Source of the DNA: Candidatus Latescibacterota bacterium
GTDB lineage: Bacteria; Latescibacterota; UBA2968; UBA8231
Length of the DNA stretch: 64,000 bases
Assembly: GCA_965248265.1 (NCBI GenBank)
Contig: CBDFJF010000002.1
Location: forward strand, 1,152,001 to 1,216,000
Direction: 5' to 3'
Each line of letters starts with the position of its first letter. Position 1 is the first letter of the stretch. This document shows, one piece after another, positions 1 to 9,277 of this stretch. Both the position numbers and the translations under genes were made by a program. Below the pieces are notes generated by a model. It had not been told where the DNA came from and searched no databases. It saw only the letters and a program-made list of their open reading frames with translations.

Positions 1-547
1 TCTTCTCGGTCACGGTGTGCGCCCAGTAGGTGTTGAAGCCGAGCTCGAAGGCGCCGTCGCGATAGACCCACTCGCGCTGGAAATCGGCCGACGATTCGCG
101 TACGAATGTCGCCCGCAGGTGGGGCGGCCGGCTGAGCGCGGCGCGGTACTGGGTCGCGCCGGAATAGGAGCCACCGATCATGCCGACATTGCCGTCACAC
201 CACGACTGCGCGGCCAGCCACTCGATCGTGTCGTACCCGTCCTGATTGGCGCCGGCGCCGTCGTCTCTGAAAGGGTAGAATTCGCCGCTAGAGGCGAACC
301 TGCCGCGCACGTCCTGGACGACGACGGCGTACCCCCGTTGCGCGAAGAATTCGGGAGAGCCCACTGCGTTCTCCGAAGCCCCGTCCTTGTTGTAGACGGT
401 GCGCTCGAGCAGTACCGGGAACGCCCTCTCGGCGTCCGGGCGGGTCACGTCGGCGCGCAGGATCGTGCCGTCGCGCATCGGCATTTCCAGGTTCTTCTCG
501 AAAACCGTTTCAAACTGGGGTTGTGACAGGACTGCAGTGTTGATCAC
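1..547 (-). CDS. CocE/NonD family serine hydrolase, 5' part (runs off window edge)
   Basis: Not in ORF track; manual translation from GTG at 547 (AAGGA RBS upstream): MPMRDGTILRADV..FPVLLERTVYNK..GYAVVVQDVRGRFASGG..DGYDTIEWLAAQSWCDGNVGMIGGSYSG (GxSYxG nucleophile). Confidence 0.9.
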   Translation of the reverse strand, partial: MINTAVLSQPQFETVFEKNLEMPMRDGTILRADVTRPDAERAFPVLLERTVYNKDGASENAVGSPEFFAQRGYAVVVQDVRGRFASSGEFYPFRDDGAGANQDGYDTIEWLAAQSWCDGNVGMIGGSYSGATQYRAALSRPPHLRATFVRESSADFQREWVYRDGAFELGFNTYWAHTVTEK

Positions 548-562
548 GCGGTTCCTTCGATA

Positions 563-1714
563 TCAGGGCAGGGCCTCGAAAAGGCGATCGATGTCGTCGT
601 GGTTGTTGTACACCGACGGTGACAGGCGCATCTTGTTGCCGAAGCGCATGGCGATGTGAACGTCGTTGTTGCGGCAGCTGGCCATGGCTCGATCTGGGTC
701 GGGCGCCACAAAGGCGACAATCGGGCTCTCGTTTCCCCTGGGAGTGATCGATTCGTACCCGCGCTGCGGCAGCTCCTCCTGCAGGCGCCCGGTCAGCTCC
801 CGCGCATGATTGCGGATGTTCTCGACTCCCAGGTTCAGGATGTATTTCACGCTCTCCCGCGCGCAGATGACCCCTTCGTAGGAGGGGTAGCTGACCTCGT
901 ACGCGCCGATCCCGGACGACGGTGAAAACGAGATCTCATCGCCGTCCAGGCCGGAATTCTCGCTCCAGGGCGGGTAATTGTACGAAACCCCGCCGGTGGG
1001 CTGGGACGGCTTGAGCACGGTTCCCTGCAGGCCGGAACGCACGTACAGAAACCCGAAACCCTTCACACCCATCAGCCACTTGAAGGTCGAGCAGGCGGCG
1101 AAGTCGATGCCCATCGCTTTGACGTCGATCGGCACGCATCCAGCTGCTTGCATTATGTCGACGTAGATGTACGCGCCGTGGTCGTGGGCGAGCTTGCTCA
1201 GGGCACTCACGTCGGCGAGGTATCCGTTGATGTTGGAAACGAGGGCCACCGATATGAGCCGCGTGTTACCATCGACCGCCTGTCGCATCGCGTCCATGTC
1301 GATCTGCCAGTCGCGGTTCTTGACGACGCGCACGTCGAGGCCCTGCTGCGCGCGAAACTTGTAGTTGCCGACACAAGGGTTGAAGTTCAGATCGGAGATG
1401 ACCACGTTTCCGCCCTGGAGGTGGTCATTCAGTCCATTCAGGATGTTGCTCTCCGATTCCACCGTGCTGCGCGCGTGGGCGATCTCTGTGGGGTCGGCGT
1501 TGATGAGCTCGGCGAAAAGGATTTTCGCCTTGTCCCGCGGCTCGGCCCAGGCCGGCCACCAGGGCTCGCCGACATCGTGTGTGACCCACTCCACATAACG
1601 GTGCAGCGCCGCGGCCGAATGCATGCTGATCGGATGCGACGAGGCGTTGTCGAAGTAGGCCATCGTGCGCGCCCGCGGAAAATCCTCGCGGACCCTGTCG
1701 AATAGGTCGCTCAT
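563..1714 (-). CDS. Class V PLP-dependent aminotransferase (cysteine desulfurase/kynureninase-like)
   Basis: YFDNASS, VDIMQAAG, CSTFKWLMG (PLP lysine), MRLSPSVYN. Confidence 0.9.
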   Translation of the reverse strand: MSDLFDRVREDFPRARTMAYFDNASSHPISMHSAAALHRYVEWVTHDVGEPWWPAWAEPRDKAKILFAELINADPTEIAHARSTVESESNILNGLNDHLQGGNVVISDLNFNPCVGNYKFRAQQGLDVRVVKNRDWQIDMDAMRQAVDGNTRLISVALVSNINGYLADVSALSKLAHDHGAYIYVDIMQAAGCVPIDVKAMGIDFAACSTFKWLMGVKGFGFLYVRSGLQGTVLKPSQPTGGVSYNYPPWSENSGLDGDEISFSPSSGIGAYEVSYPSYEGVICARESVKYILNLGVENIRNHARELTGRLQEELPQRGYESITPRGNESPIVAFVAPDPDRAMASCRNNDVHIAMRFGNKMRLSPSVYNNHDDIDRLFEALP

Positions 1715-1920
1715 ATTCGCCCCCCGTCGAAGTCCGGCTCCGCCCGAAACACTTGACTGCTCACGATAATATAGCTTCTATGGACAAACCCGAACGGATA
1801 GGAATGTGGAGTCATCGGTAGCTGCGCCTCGCCGGGCGGCCTGACAGTGGAATCCATTCCTGCAATCGGCAGTTGAGCCCCATCCGGCTATTTTTCGATT
1901 ACCAACTTTCCACTACGTTA

Positions 1921-1937
1921 TAATTATATTATAATTA
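1921..1937. promoter_or_regulatory. Perfect AT-rich palindrome, probable brnTA operator/promoter
   Basis: TAATTATA-T-TATAATTA directly before the brnT start codon. Confidence 0.6.
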
Positions 1938-1941
1938 AGGC

Positions 1942-2229
1942 ATGGCAGATCTACAGTTTGAATGGGACGAAGCCAAAAACAAAGCGAACCAAAGGAAACA
2001 CGGCGTTTCATTCGAGGAAGCCCAGACGGTTTTTTTCGACGAGCATGCTGTACAGTTCTTTGATGACGATGTGCTTGGAGAGGATCGCTTTCTGATGCTG
2101 GGATGCAGCGCCAGGCTCCGCGTTTTGATTGTCGTCCACTGCTTTCGAGATGAGGAGTCAGTAATCCGCATTATTTCTGCCCGCAAGCCCACGAGGACGG
2201 AGCGGTCCGAGTACCCGGAGGAGTCATGA
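1942..2229 (+). CDS. brnT: BrnT family toxin (DUF497)
   Basis: FEWDEAKNKANQRKHGVSFEEA...IRIISARK. Confidence 0.92.
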   Translation: MADLQFEWDEAKNKANQRKHGVSFEEAQTVFFDEHAVQFFDDDVLGEDRFLMLGCSARLRVLIVVHCFRDEESVIRIISARKPTRTERSEYPEES

Positions 2230-2450
2230 AAAAGGAATACGATCTTTCCAGCATGAAGCGCCGCAAGAACCCCTTCGCCAGCCGACTCAAGAAACAGGTG
2301 ACAATCCGCCTGGGAGTGGACGTAATCGAGTACTTCAAGGCGCTTGCTGATGAAACCGGCATGTCGTACCAGAACCTGATCAATCTCTATTTGCGCGACT
2401 GTGTATCCAGTAATCGCAAGCCGGTCCTGGAATGGGAAGAGGTCGGATAG
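2226..2450 (+). CDS. brnA: BrnA/CopG-like antitoxin
   Basis: MKKEYDLS..KNPFA..KKQVTIRL..IEYFK..YQNLINLYL; ATGA overlap with toxin. Confidence 0.88.
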   Translation: MKKEYDLSSMKRRKNPFASRLKKQVTIRLGVDVIEYFKALADETGMSYQNLINLYLRDCVSSNRKPVLEWEEVG

Positions 2451-2475
2451 ATCCGTGTCCCGGGGAGAGTCATCC

Positions 2476-2922
2476 ATGAAAACCGCTGTCGTTGCAGGAG
2501 TCGGACCGGGGCTCGGTGCCGCTCTGGTTCGCAAGTTCGTTGCTGAAGGTTGCCGGGTGGGCATGCTCGCCCGCTCGCCCGATTACCTGGAAGAGCTACA
2601 AGCTGAACTGGGCGAAGAGAACGCCCTGGCCGTTGCCGCTGACATCACGACGGATACCGCCGTAGTGTCCGCCTTCGCTCGAGTCAGGGATCGCTTCGGA
2701 CCGGTCGACATTCTGGTCAACCACGCCAGCCTGTCGAACTGGAAAGGCCTCATGGACATAACACCGAAGGAGTTCGAGCGCGCCTGGCGCGTGACCGTTC
2801 TCGGAGCGCTGCATTGCAGCCGGGTGGCTGCAACCGACATGCTGGCCGACAATCGTGGTGGGACCATTCTCTTCACGGGAGCGACTTCATCCATTCGCGG
2901 GCGCTTAGTGAGGATAAGATAG
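2476..2922 (+). pseudogene. Short-chain dehydrogenase, 3'-truncated by the 71-bp repeat
   Basis: VAGVGPGLG..GTILFTGATSSIRG then runs into the repeat at 2901 and stops; catalytic helix and C-terminus missing. Confidence 0.85.
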
Positions 2923-2971
2923 GTTATCGTTACTAAGTCAGGCGGCGTTTTTTGCAATTTGCCGCATTTTG
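2901..2971. repeat. 71-bp direct repeat, copy 1 (tyrosine-recombinase/dif-like core)
   Basis: Identical to 4228-4298; arms CTTAGTGAGGATAA (2904-2917) and TTATCGTTACTAAG (2924-2937) around 6-bp spacer GATAGG. Confidence 0.95.
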
Positions 2972-2997
2972 GGCTCCGCTTCATCCGATTGTTAGCT
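2972..2997 (-). other. Truncated attC site (left half only)
   Basis: Minus strand AGCTAAC-AATCGGATGAAGCGGAGCC; the gene's TAA stop lies in the inverse core; cut off by the repeat. Confidence 0.65.
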
Positions 2998-3943
2998 GGA
3001 TACTTTATACGGATTAAGTTCACGCAGGATCAAATTACGCATATTTTGGACGATGCAGAGTACACCCGCGCTCGACAAATCTTGCACTGAATCAACTTGA
3101 AGAGATGACAATGTGTTTGCGTGCATGAATGCATCGTCGACTGTTTTTCTGCTACTGAGCGCGGAATAGAACGTCTTGCAGAAGTAACCACTGAAATCCA
3201 CGTAGACGGTGCTCGTCGACGCGATGACAACTTGAACATCAGTTGCCTGCAAAGCCCCAATTACGTTGGCGGAGTTGCAGGTCATGAACAATGCAGTCTT
3301 TACACCACGGCCGTGTAGAATAGACGCCAGGCGCGAAGGCGGGAGTGAACCATCGGCTAGATGAATCAAGCCATCAGAGTCTACGTATACAGAAGTGCAC
3401 GATTTCCACATCATTCATCAGCGCTTTGGATAAAGTTGCTGACGTCACAGAAGGCAAATGTATGACTGAATCACTTGGTAGTAGGGCGTCCCGAATCACC
3501 TTAGCGTCAGCGGCCGCAAATCGATCATAGAAATCGCATTGGCCGTCAATCTCAGCAGAAGCCACAAGAACGTTGATTGGGTTGCCTTTTTGTTGGTTGG
3601 GCGTTTCGATTTGCTCTCGGCACGCGTCTTCAGCGAGCTGTTTCCACGTCCTAAGGGAATCTACGGTAAATCGATCTGAGTCGTTGTCTATTAGCTTAGC
3701 ACAGTTCTGACAAAGCCAAATGCCATTGCTAGGTGCCTTGCGTTGCTCAGATGTCATCGTCTCATCGAATCGTGGGCCGAGTTCGGACGCTGCGGTAATG
3801 TGACACGCTACACCGATGTTTACGTTCTTGGTTTCGTCCTCGCGTGGGCCGGTGGTGAGCTGACGACACCTCGGGTTTGAACAGCGCAGCCCAACACGTG
3901 TCGCGAGAATGTGCTTAACGTCAATTGTGAAGTCGTCTCGCAT
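2992..3943 (-). pseudogene. Cassette gene: HNH-type nuclease domain fused to CHAT/caspase-like domain, frameshifted near 3385
   Basis: N-part RCSNPRC..ACHITAASELGPRFD..NGIWLCQNCAKLID; C-part IVHFC / LFMTCNS..FCKTFYSALSSRKTVDDAF in the other frame; visibly lower GC than flanks. Confidence 0.7.
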
Positions 3944-3952
3944 CTTTTATCC

Positions 3953-4075
3953 AGCTAACGCAGCAATCACCTGCGCCAGGTTCACTGTTTGTGTTGAACC
4001 TCCGGTCCAACCCGCGAGCCACTGATTTGATTCCAGCACCACCATCAAAGCCGTCAGGTGCATTGCATGCTACGC
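3953..4075 (-). other. attC integron recombination site
   Basis: GCAATCACCTG (3963-3973) pairs with CAGGTG-C-ATTGC (4055-4066) with one extrahelical base; core GTTAGCT on the minus strand just upstream of the cassette ATG; degenerate inverse core GCGTAGC. Confidence 0.75.
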
Positions 4076-4209
4076 GTCCCTCATTATCCAAAGGTTCTAT
4101 TCAAAGCCACTCTCCTGGAACCTTGGCTCCCAAACTTCCACGTCTTCCAACTCGGGCATCGTTACCCGAAATCGTTGTGGGCATTCGCTCTGCCTATTGG
4201 AAATGGGGA

Positions 4210-4298
4210 GCGCTTAGTGAGGATAAGGCGCTTAGTGAGGATAAGATAGGTTATCGTTACTAAGTCAGGCGGCGTTTTTTGCAATTTGCCGCATTTTG
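4210..4298. repeat. 71-bp direct repeat, copy 2 (4228-4298) preceded by an extra 18-bp partial copy (4210-4227)
   Basis: GCGCTTAGTGAGGATAAG in tandem, then the full repeat. Confidence 0.95.
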
Positions 4299-4468
4299 CC
4301 AGCATTGATGGCGGTTCTTTGTGGGGTGACGGTCGATCGACGAAAGCTGAGGCTTCGAACAGTGTCCTCGGAGCCGCTCTGAGCGAACCGGGCGTTTTCA
4401 GCGACAGATCAGGGCACAGCGGTGACGTTGCTGTGACCGCGAATCGATTTCAGGCGGCGAAATCCAGT

Positions 4469-5884
4469 TCAGGTTGGGGGTGGGGGCGTGCGGGTGCGAT
4501 CGGCGGTGCCCGCGCGCAATGGAGCGGGCTCGGTAAGGGCCGCAACTCCCTTCATCGGGCCGCCGCAGGCGGGGCATATGGTTACGTCGAATCGAAAAAC
4601 GCGTGCCAATAAGGTCGACCAAGAAAGGCGATGACGGCGTTGGGCGGGCGTCGGCTCAGAACCTCGACCGGGGAGCGCCTGGGGGTCCTGCCTCTCTTCC
4701 TTGGGACCCGGTACAATCTGTGCCCGATCGGCCGCATTGGGTGCCAACACGCCATGGTAGCGCACCAGGTTGAGGCGCCGTGGCGGCACCAGGGCGGCCA
4801 GTTTCTCGATCAATTCTTGTGGCGAAAGTTCAATTCGATATGTGCCGTCTGACCAGGGTGTCTTCAGTTCGAAGGCCACCTGCTCGGCATCGAGGATCTG
4901 CAGGCGTCCCGCTGCCAGCGGTGGTCGATTGACGTAGCGGCACAGTCTTTCCAGGCGAGTGCGGTCGGCGGCCGGCACGCAGGTGGCCGCAAGCAAAGAG
5001 AATCCACGCGAAGCGAAGCACAGCGGGCCGGTGCGGATGCCCTCTTGAGGATCGAGCAAGCGTCGGCGCACAGGTTGACCGGAGCGCTCGCCGGTAGCCA
5101 CCGGACCCTGGATCGAGGCCGCCGTGATCGTCGCCAGGAGGGGCTCCTGTTCCCACAGCGGATCAACGCGGCCCTCTTCCAGCAGGCCACGACGTTGCAG
5201 CAGGCGCAAAACGCGTCGCGCCGTGGTCTCGACGATCTGTTGCACATCATCATCGCTAAGGGTCGGTGCGGCCACGAACTCCGGACCCACCTCGCCATCG
5301 ACGTAGACGCCGTCGATCATGAGGACATGGACGTGAGGATTGAGATTCAAAGATGACCCGAATCGCTGCACGAACGTCACCGAGCCGCAGCGACTGTGTT
5401 CGTATCCCTGCGCTCGTGCCTGACGTCGATACCAGCCGTAGACGACGCGCAGAAAAACGGCCAGTATCGCGCCCACCAACTCGCCGTCCCAGGCCAGGCG
5501 ATAGCGGATCTCATACGGCAGACTCAGCACCCATTGCCGCACCGGTACCCGCGGCAGGACCTCGTCCGTCAAGCGCGCAGCGGTGTCCACCATCCTTCGT
5601 CCCATACAGCTGGGACAAAAGGAACGTCGCTGGCACGAGAATGCGACGACGCGATCCTGAGTCCAGTCCTCACACCGTACCCGCAGGAATCCATGTGCCA
5701 GAATGCCGCATTCCAGATAGGCACGGAGTTCCTTCTCGACGTTGGCCGGCAGCTGGCGGTCCGATGAGCGTGTGCGCTCTACGAAAGTCTCAAGATTCTC
5801 GGCCAGCACCTGGTAAAGAGGTTCCTTCTCGGGGGTTCGGCGACGGTAGGAGAACCCGCTGCCATGGGTGTGAGCGGCTGGCAT
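4469..5884 (-). mobile_element. IS91-family (Y2 rolling-circle) transposase, probably degenerate
   Basis: Zn domain CGILAHGF..AFSCQRRSFCPSC, RQWVLSLP, HUH motif NLNPHVH, LERLCRYVNRPP, RYHGVLAPN, CPACGG. Confidence 0.92.
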
Positions 5885-6231
5885 GCCTTGGTGGCACGCA
5901 AGATGGAGACCAGCCGTGAGTGTGCTCGAGTATCACGTGGTCCTGGCAAGGGAACCGTGGGCACTCGGCTACGCACACGTGTGTACCAGACGACACAACA
6001 CGGCAGCAGCGGACGAGTCCTCGTCGTGACGGAATCAGACCAGACTCGCCAGCGCTACCGCCGTATCTGCCCGGTTCGCTGCGCGACCTCTGTACCAAGT
6101 GATAATGGCGTCTATCGAGCCTACGCGTTGCGCCCAGCAAACCTCATGGGCTCTACTACACGCGTTTGCAGGGGGATGTCTGGATTGCCGATATCAGCGA
6201 CGTCGTGGGCGGTGACTGAAGGGGCTTCCCG

Positions 6232-7023
6232 TTACCTGCCGGGGTGGACGGTGCGCTCGCGACGGGGATCGGCCGCCACTTCGGAGTAGAACAGGCGCTG
6301 GGCCGGCGTCATCCGCTCCAGCGCTTCCTTCGCAGGCCAGTAGCCCCGCCACTTCATGCCGACGTGGTTGTATTTGTAGAACAGGTTGACCCGATCGCGG
6401 TCACTGTTCCAGGGAGCCGCGCCGTGGGCCAGTGCCTCGGTGAAGATGATGACTGAACCGGCCCTGCATGGCACGGAACGCACCGCCGGGTTGTCGATCC
6501 TGCCGTGCTCGAAGGCCCCCATGCCCTTCGGAATGGGGAAGTGGGCGTTGTGGCTGCCGGGAACGCAGATGAATCCGCCTTCCTCCTCGCTGACGTCGGT
6601 CAGGTTGAAGGCGACGACGCTGTGGCCGGCGAAGACCTGCCCGTTGAAATGCCGATACATGAAATGCGGATCCACGCCGTCGCCGCCGCCATGCAGGGAC
6701 AGGCCACCGAACCCCTTGCGGCGAATGAGTGCATATGCAATTTCCAGCCGCAACTGAGGACCGATGATTCGGGTGAGGACGTCGATGACCGGGGGCAGGT
6801 CGATCAAGTCCGCGAACAGCGGGCCCATGGTGGGCAGGTCGCCGACGCTGATCTCGCCGAGCTCAGGTTCGCGGTGGGAGACTCCGGTGGGCAGTTGGTC
6901 GGACGGCGTGCCCTCGACCTCGTGGAGCGCTTCGATGAGCCGTTCGCAGTGGTCGCGGGACAGCACATCCTCGACGGCGAGATAGCCGGCAACATCAAAC
7001 AGATACAGCTGTTCCTCCGTCAA
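6232..7023 (-). CDS. Phytanoyl-CoA dioxygenase (PhyH) family, HGG variant
   Basis: YLFDVAGYL, LSLHGG, GGFICVPGSH, FTEALAHG; TTG start at 7023 chosen just after the upstream stop. Confidence 0.88.
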   Translation of the reverse strand: MTEEQLYLFDVAGYLAVEDVLSRDHCERLIEALHEVEGTPSDQLPTGVSHREPELGEISVGDLPTMGPLFADLIDLPPVIDVLTRIIGPQLRLEIAYALIRRKGFGGLSLHGGGDGVDPHFMYRHFNGQVFAGHSVVAFNLTDVSEEEGGFICVPGSHNAHFPIPKGMGAFEHGRIDNPAVRSVPCRAGSVIIFTEALAHGAAPWNSDRDRVNLFYKYNHVGMKWRGYWPAKEALERMTPAQRLFYSEVAADPRRERTVHPGR

Positions 7024-7027
7024 AGTC

Positions 7028-7759
7028 TCAGCCGCCTTTTTTCGCTTCCAGACGGGCCTTGTCGGCGTCGGACAGAAACGGCCTGACCCCCTCAAGGAAT
7101 TCTGCCAGCGTCTCTTCGAGGGTAGAGGTGGTGGTGTCGAGGACCAGCTTGTTCTTGATGAGGCTGGCTTCGAATTCTTCTTCGAAGCGGGCCAGGACGT
7201 ACTCGACATCCTTGTCCTGTACCACGCCCCGGGTGGGCTCTCCGTCCTGCTTGGACAGCTTCTGTCGCGCCACGGTTTCCGCGTCCGGGAAGAAGTTCTC
7301 GGCCATCCGCTCCCTGATGACTTCCGGCGTCGCTTTCATCAAGACCAGGACGGTATTGGGAGCCTGCTGGAGAATCTCTTTCTCCATGTGCCGGGCCATC
7401 TGTGTTCGCTGACCGTCGGGGCTGCGTTTCGGCGAACCACTATCAGGCCCGCCGTAGCCGTAGTAGAGTGGCGCATAAACCGCTTCCTCGATGTGGAGCC
7501 CCATGAGATGATGGTGGGGAGCACTGTAGAAACCCGCTGATATGTGATAGGTGATCATGTAGCGTTGGAGCATCTCTTTGACCTGGGGATCAACGGCCTG
7601 ATAGCTGGCAGCCGCCTCAGCGCTCAATTCGGAAGAGGGAATGGTGAAGTGGTCGTGGAAGTGGCTGCCATCCCCCATGTTCTCTTCGATCCAGTAGACG
7701 ATCTCGGTCGAGAGCGTCGTCTTGCCGGTAAACTCACAACCGATCATGAGTATGTTCAT
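7028..7759 (-). CDS. P-loop NMP-kinase-like protein
   Basis: N-terminal Walker A GCEFTGKTT; VLVLMKATPEVIRERM; LVLDTT. Confidence 0.7.
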   Translation of the reverse strand: MNILMIGCEFTGKTTLSTEIVYWIEENMGDGSHFHDHFTIPSSELSAEAAASYQAVDPQVKEMLQRYMITYHISAGFYSAPHHHLMGLHIEEAVYAPLYYGYGGPDSGSPKRSPDGQRTQMARHMEKEILQQAPNTVLVLMKATPEVIRERMAENFFPDAETVARQKLSKQDGEPTRGVVQDKDVEYVLARFEEEFEASLIKNKLVLDTTTSTLEETLAEFLEGVRPFLSDADKARLEAKKGG

Positions 7760-7860
7760 ACGTGCCTCGCTCGCTTATGATGAGTGTGACGATAGGTGCA
7801 ATGTAGATCGTGCTTGTTCGTGAGTCACGGTACTACCTGGGACCCCCAGGCGAGGGGGTG

Positions 7861-9027
7861 TCACAGAATGGGCAATGCTGCCGGTGCCGGCGCAGAGAGC
7901 ACCTCGGCACCGCGCTCGGTGACGAGGACATCCTCCTCCAACATGAAGAACGCTCCCTCGGCGAACAGCCCGGGTTCGACCGTCAACACCATCCCTTCTT
8001 CCAGAAGCACATCGCTGTCAGCATCAATAAAAGGTGGTTCGATTATATCCAGCCCCATGGCGTGGCCGATTCCGGTGACGTTGTCGGCGTAGTCGGCGTG
8101 ACCCTGCTGTCGCAATACAGCATTCGAGGCGCGGACCAGATCGGCGATCGGCGTGCCTGGCCTGGTGACCTTGATGGCCGCCTGCAGGCAATCGTAGGTG
8201 ACACGGTAAAGCTGTGCGTGTGCGCTGCTGGCGCTTTCCAGCGCGAACATGCGGGTATAGTCGGACCAGTAACCGCGGTACACACCGCCGGCATCCTGGG
8301 TGATGAGTTCACCGGAGGTCAGCACGCGGTCGGTCGGGCGTCTCAGGGTCTGGTCCGAAATCCGCTGGGAACCGGGAATACACGGCGACATCGAAATGGA
8401 ACCGGGCAGTTCAGCACCACGGTTGAGGTGTTCGATCGCCAGAAACTGATAGACCTCCCGTTCGGTCATGCCCGGCTTTATGGCCGCGAAGAGCGCTTCG
8501 TAGACCTCGTCGGTGATAGCCACGGCCGCACGGACACGGTCCACCTCGGCCTTCGATTTGCGAGCCCGCAGCTGCCACATCATCGGCGAGGCGTCGACGA
8601 AGTCGATGCCGGGAAGGTTACTTTGCAGCTGGCGCAAATCCTGGTAGGGCATGCGCATCCAGTCCATGCCGCCCAGCTCCGTACCGATGCGTCCTCGCGC
8701 CAACCCCAGTTCGCGCACCGCCTGCGCTATGGCGTCAACACCCTGCAGGGTGTGAGATGGAGGGAAGGAGCGAACGGTTTCGATCCAGGAGTCCTCTGCG
8801 CACATCGAGGCCTCCATGGGCGTGACGATGAGGACCGCCTCACCCTCCAGTGGAAGGAGGGCAAAGATGCCCGTGTACTTGTGACTCCATCGATGCGTGA
8901 CATGGCCGGTGAAGTAGCGGTGGTTGGATTCGGTGGTGAGTAGTACGGCATCGACGTCCCGTGCTTTCATGAGGGCCCGCAGGCCCGCAAGCCGGCGCTG
9001 GTACTCCTCTGCCGCGAATTCATTCAT
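7861..9027 (-). CDS. M24 Xaa-Pro peptidase/creatinase family
   Basis: DAGGVYRGYWSDYTR, GHAMGLDIIEPP, TVEPG, LEEDVLVT. Confidence 0.92.
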   Translation of the reverse strand: MNEFAAEEYQRRLAGLRALMKARDVDAVLLTTESNHRYFTGHVTHRWSHKYTGIFALLPLEGEAVLIVTPMEASMCAEDSWIETVRSFPPSHTLQGVDAIAQAVRELGLARGRIGTELGGMDWMRMPYQDLRQLQSNLPGIDFVDASPMMWQLRARKSKAEVDRVRAAVAITDEVYEALFAAIKPGMTEREVYQFLAIEHLNRGAELPGSISMSPCIPGSQRISDQTLRRPTDRVLTSGELITQDAGGVYRGYWSDYTRMFALESASSAHAQLYRVTYDCLQAAIKVTRPGTPIADLVRASNAVLRQQGHADYADNVTGIGHAMGLDIIEPPFIDADSDVLLEEGMVLTVEPGLFAEGAFFMLEEDVLVTERGAEVLSAPAPAALPIL

Positions 9028-9140
9028 CCAGATGATCCTTCGGAATTGCTATCACTGAGGATGTGGGGAAATTGAGGCGCGCTCTCGATGTCTGCCCAAG
9101 TTTCTGTCACGGTCGGCTCGGTAGCAAGGCGCGGCTCTGT

Positions 9141-9179
9141 CCTCATTCATTGGCCTCATTCATTGGCCTCACTCATTCG
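9141..9179. repeat. 13-bp tandem repeat x3 in divergent intergenic region
   Basis: CCTCATTCATTGG, CCTCATTCATTGG, CCTCACTCATTCG, then TTGACA at 9181. Confidence 0.85.
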
Positions 9180-9277
9180 CTTGACACTGACAGCGGTGCT
9201 CTTGAGGTTCCTGCGCAAATTGAGCTTGACCGAAGCAGCAACGGACCTGCCAGATTCATGGCAATAGAGGAAAAGAG

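Noticed and set aside
17-526. 169-aa plus-strand ORF
   Set aside because: Antisense shadow of the CocE/NonD hydrolase, which has clear motifs on the minus strand.
2901-4298. CRISPR array or tRNA-derived att duplication as explanation for the repeats
   Set aside because: Only two full copies 1.26 kb apart, no regular spacers, no cas genes, no tRNA-like sequence.
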